From the NCBI GenBank assembly GCA_965644265.1, contig OZ286461.1, positions 76,694,001 through 76,758,000 on the forward strand: a stretch of DNA of 64,000 nt, in the 5' to 3' direction. The position numbers and the translations under genes are program-made. The notes under the pieces were generated by a model, which was given only the letters and a program-made list of their open reading frames with translations, was not told the DNA's origin and did not search any database. Positions 62,701-64,000 of this stretch are shown piece by piece (the stretch's first letter is position 1; each line of letters begins with the position of its first letter). Source of the DNA: Glycera tridactyla. Its lineage: Eukaryota.

Positions 62701-64000
62701 CAAATGACTGCATTGAACAGTGATGAATCGATAAATCCTGCAGTAGCATGTGTTCGAGATTCACTAGAACATTCTTAGTATCCTGATTACATGATCACAA
62801 ATACTGTTTTAGTACACATGGCCAGATTATGTGGCATGGAGAAGAAGTGGTGCATGTTTTAATCATGCATCACACTTCAAACACTGATATACCAATCATC
62901 GTAGTCATTGACATATTTCCTGAATAAATGAACACCAATATGACGCCTCATTTGTGAAGGCGGTGGTTGGCATAGAAACCAGTGTACATTCAGTTTACAC
63001 ATCGCAGAGGATTAGGAATGCTATTGACGATTCTGAGCTGCGCGTTTATGATTGAATATTGATCATGAAGGAAATCTAACTCAAACAGGAGTCATGTTAC
63101 TTTCCGAAAACTGTTCGCACAATGTGAAAATGCCATTTCAAATTCTGATGTTCGTCCATTTGAGTGGATTCCCTCAGTTTGAAGATGTAGCAATCAAATT
63201 ACTTTTCCTCAATTGTGAACGCAACACTCGGATAAAGTGTCGTATATCAAAGATCACCGGAATGTAGGTCCAATATCATGAGTAGCGAACTCATGATGAT
63301 GATTGACTCGTTCATGATGGGGAGCACAGACATGTACAAAATGGTCGAATTTGAGTCACATTGAAGCTTCATAGTTTCAAAAGAGGGGAGGGACGGGAGA
63401 AAAAGGGAGGTGGCTGGTCGAATGACAATATGGGATGGTAAAAGTAGGGGCTTTAATGTTAATGTGCATTGTGAATTCAGGGAAGATGCGGCAGGTATGC
63501 GTGTCTGAATAGGTATTCGCATATACACAAATGAGTTGGCAGGTGAGTATTCGTATATGTGTGTGTGTACATGGTTTTGGATATGGTTGAGTAGATGTGT
63601 GATGTATTGTTCTTTAACGATACAATATACGATTCGACAAAAAGAAATGCTTTTTCATAATGGGACTGAGATAAATATACTCCACAATTTCTTACAAATT
63701 ACTCTCAAATGCTTCACATACCATTACGAGGGTCATTTCACTGGGTTTTTCCAGCATGATTATTCTCTGTCACTGATTCGGACAGATCTCATGTTCCTAT
63801 AATATCCCGCAACTACCAGGAACGTGTTTATTTGATTTCAGAAACATGGCAAGAGTGTACAGAATTAAATTCTCAGGCTACTACAAAGAATTTCGAAAAG
63901 GGATCAGGCAAATTGCATATTCGTGATAAATACATATCAGACCTGCATTCGGTCATAATTGTGTACATACATTGTGATCAACAATCCAAAAGATCAAACT

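Noticed and set aside
59734-64000. Preceding 45-bp nAChR exon (DEKNQ...W) and promoter
   Set aside because: No convincing match found; probably beyond the window end.

Overview
Eukaryotic (invertebrate, probably lophotrochozoan) genomic DNA with three N-gaps. The host gene is a Cys-loop nicotinic acetylcholine receptor alpha subunit on the minus strand. Two exons are visible (59733-59624 and 3407-2953) and join in frame across a ~56.2 kb intron that fills most of the window. Its TM1-TM2 linker (PESPAK) has the anion-selective signature. The intron is a transposon graveyard: a ~3.9 kb foldback element with an internal 150-bp satellite, a piggyBac-like non-autonomous element, decayed I/Nimb and CR1/L2 LINE pieces, two decayed DIRS (tyrosine-recombinase) retrotransposons, a MITE, a 93-bp satellite and microsatellites. 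The most unusual object is a young, apparently intact ~8.0 kb CR1/L2-group LINE (13943-21984) with three separate ORFs: an 872-aa coiled-coil/RRM ORF1, a free-standing SGNH esterase ORF, and an APE-RT ORF2. The esterase ORF has no AUG upstream of its catalytic Ser, opens exactly at a splice acceptor and is followed by a poly(A) signal. The whole LINE is flanked by a 1367-bp direct duplication (4 mismatches) that abuts both element ends like a giant target-site duplication. All protein assignments come from motif recognition by eye; no database searches were run.
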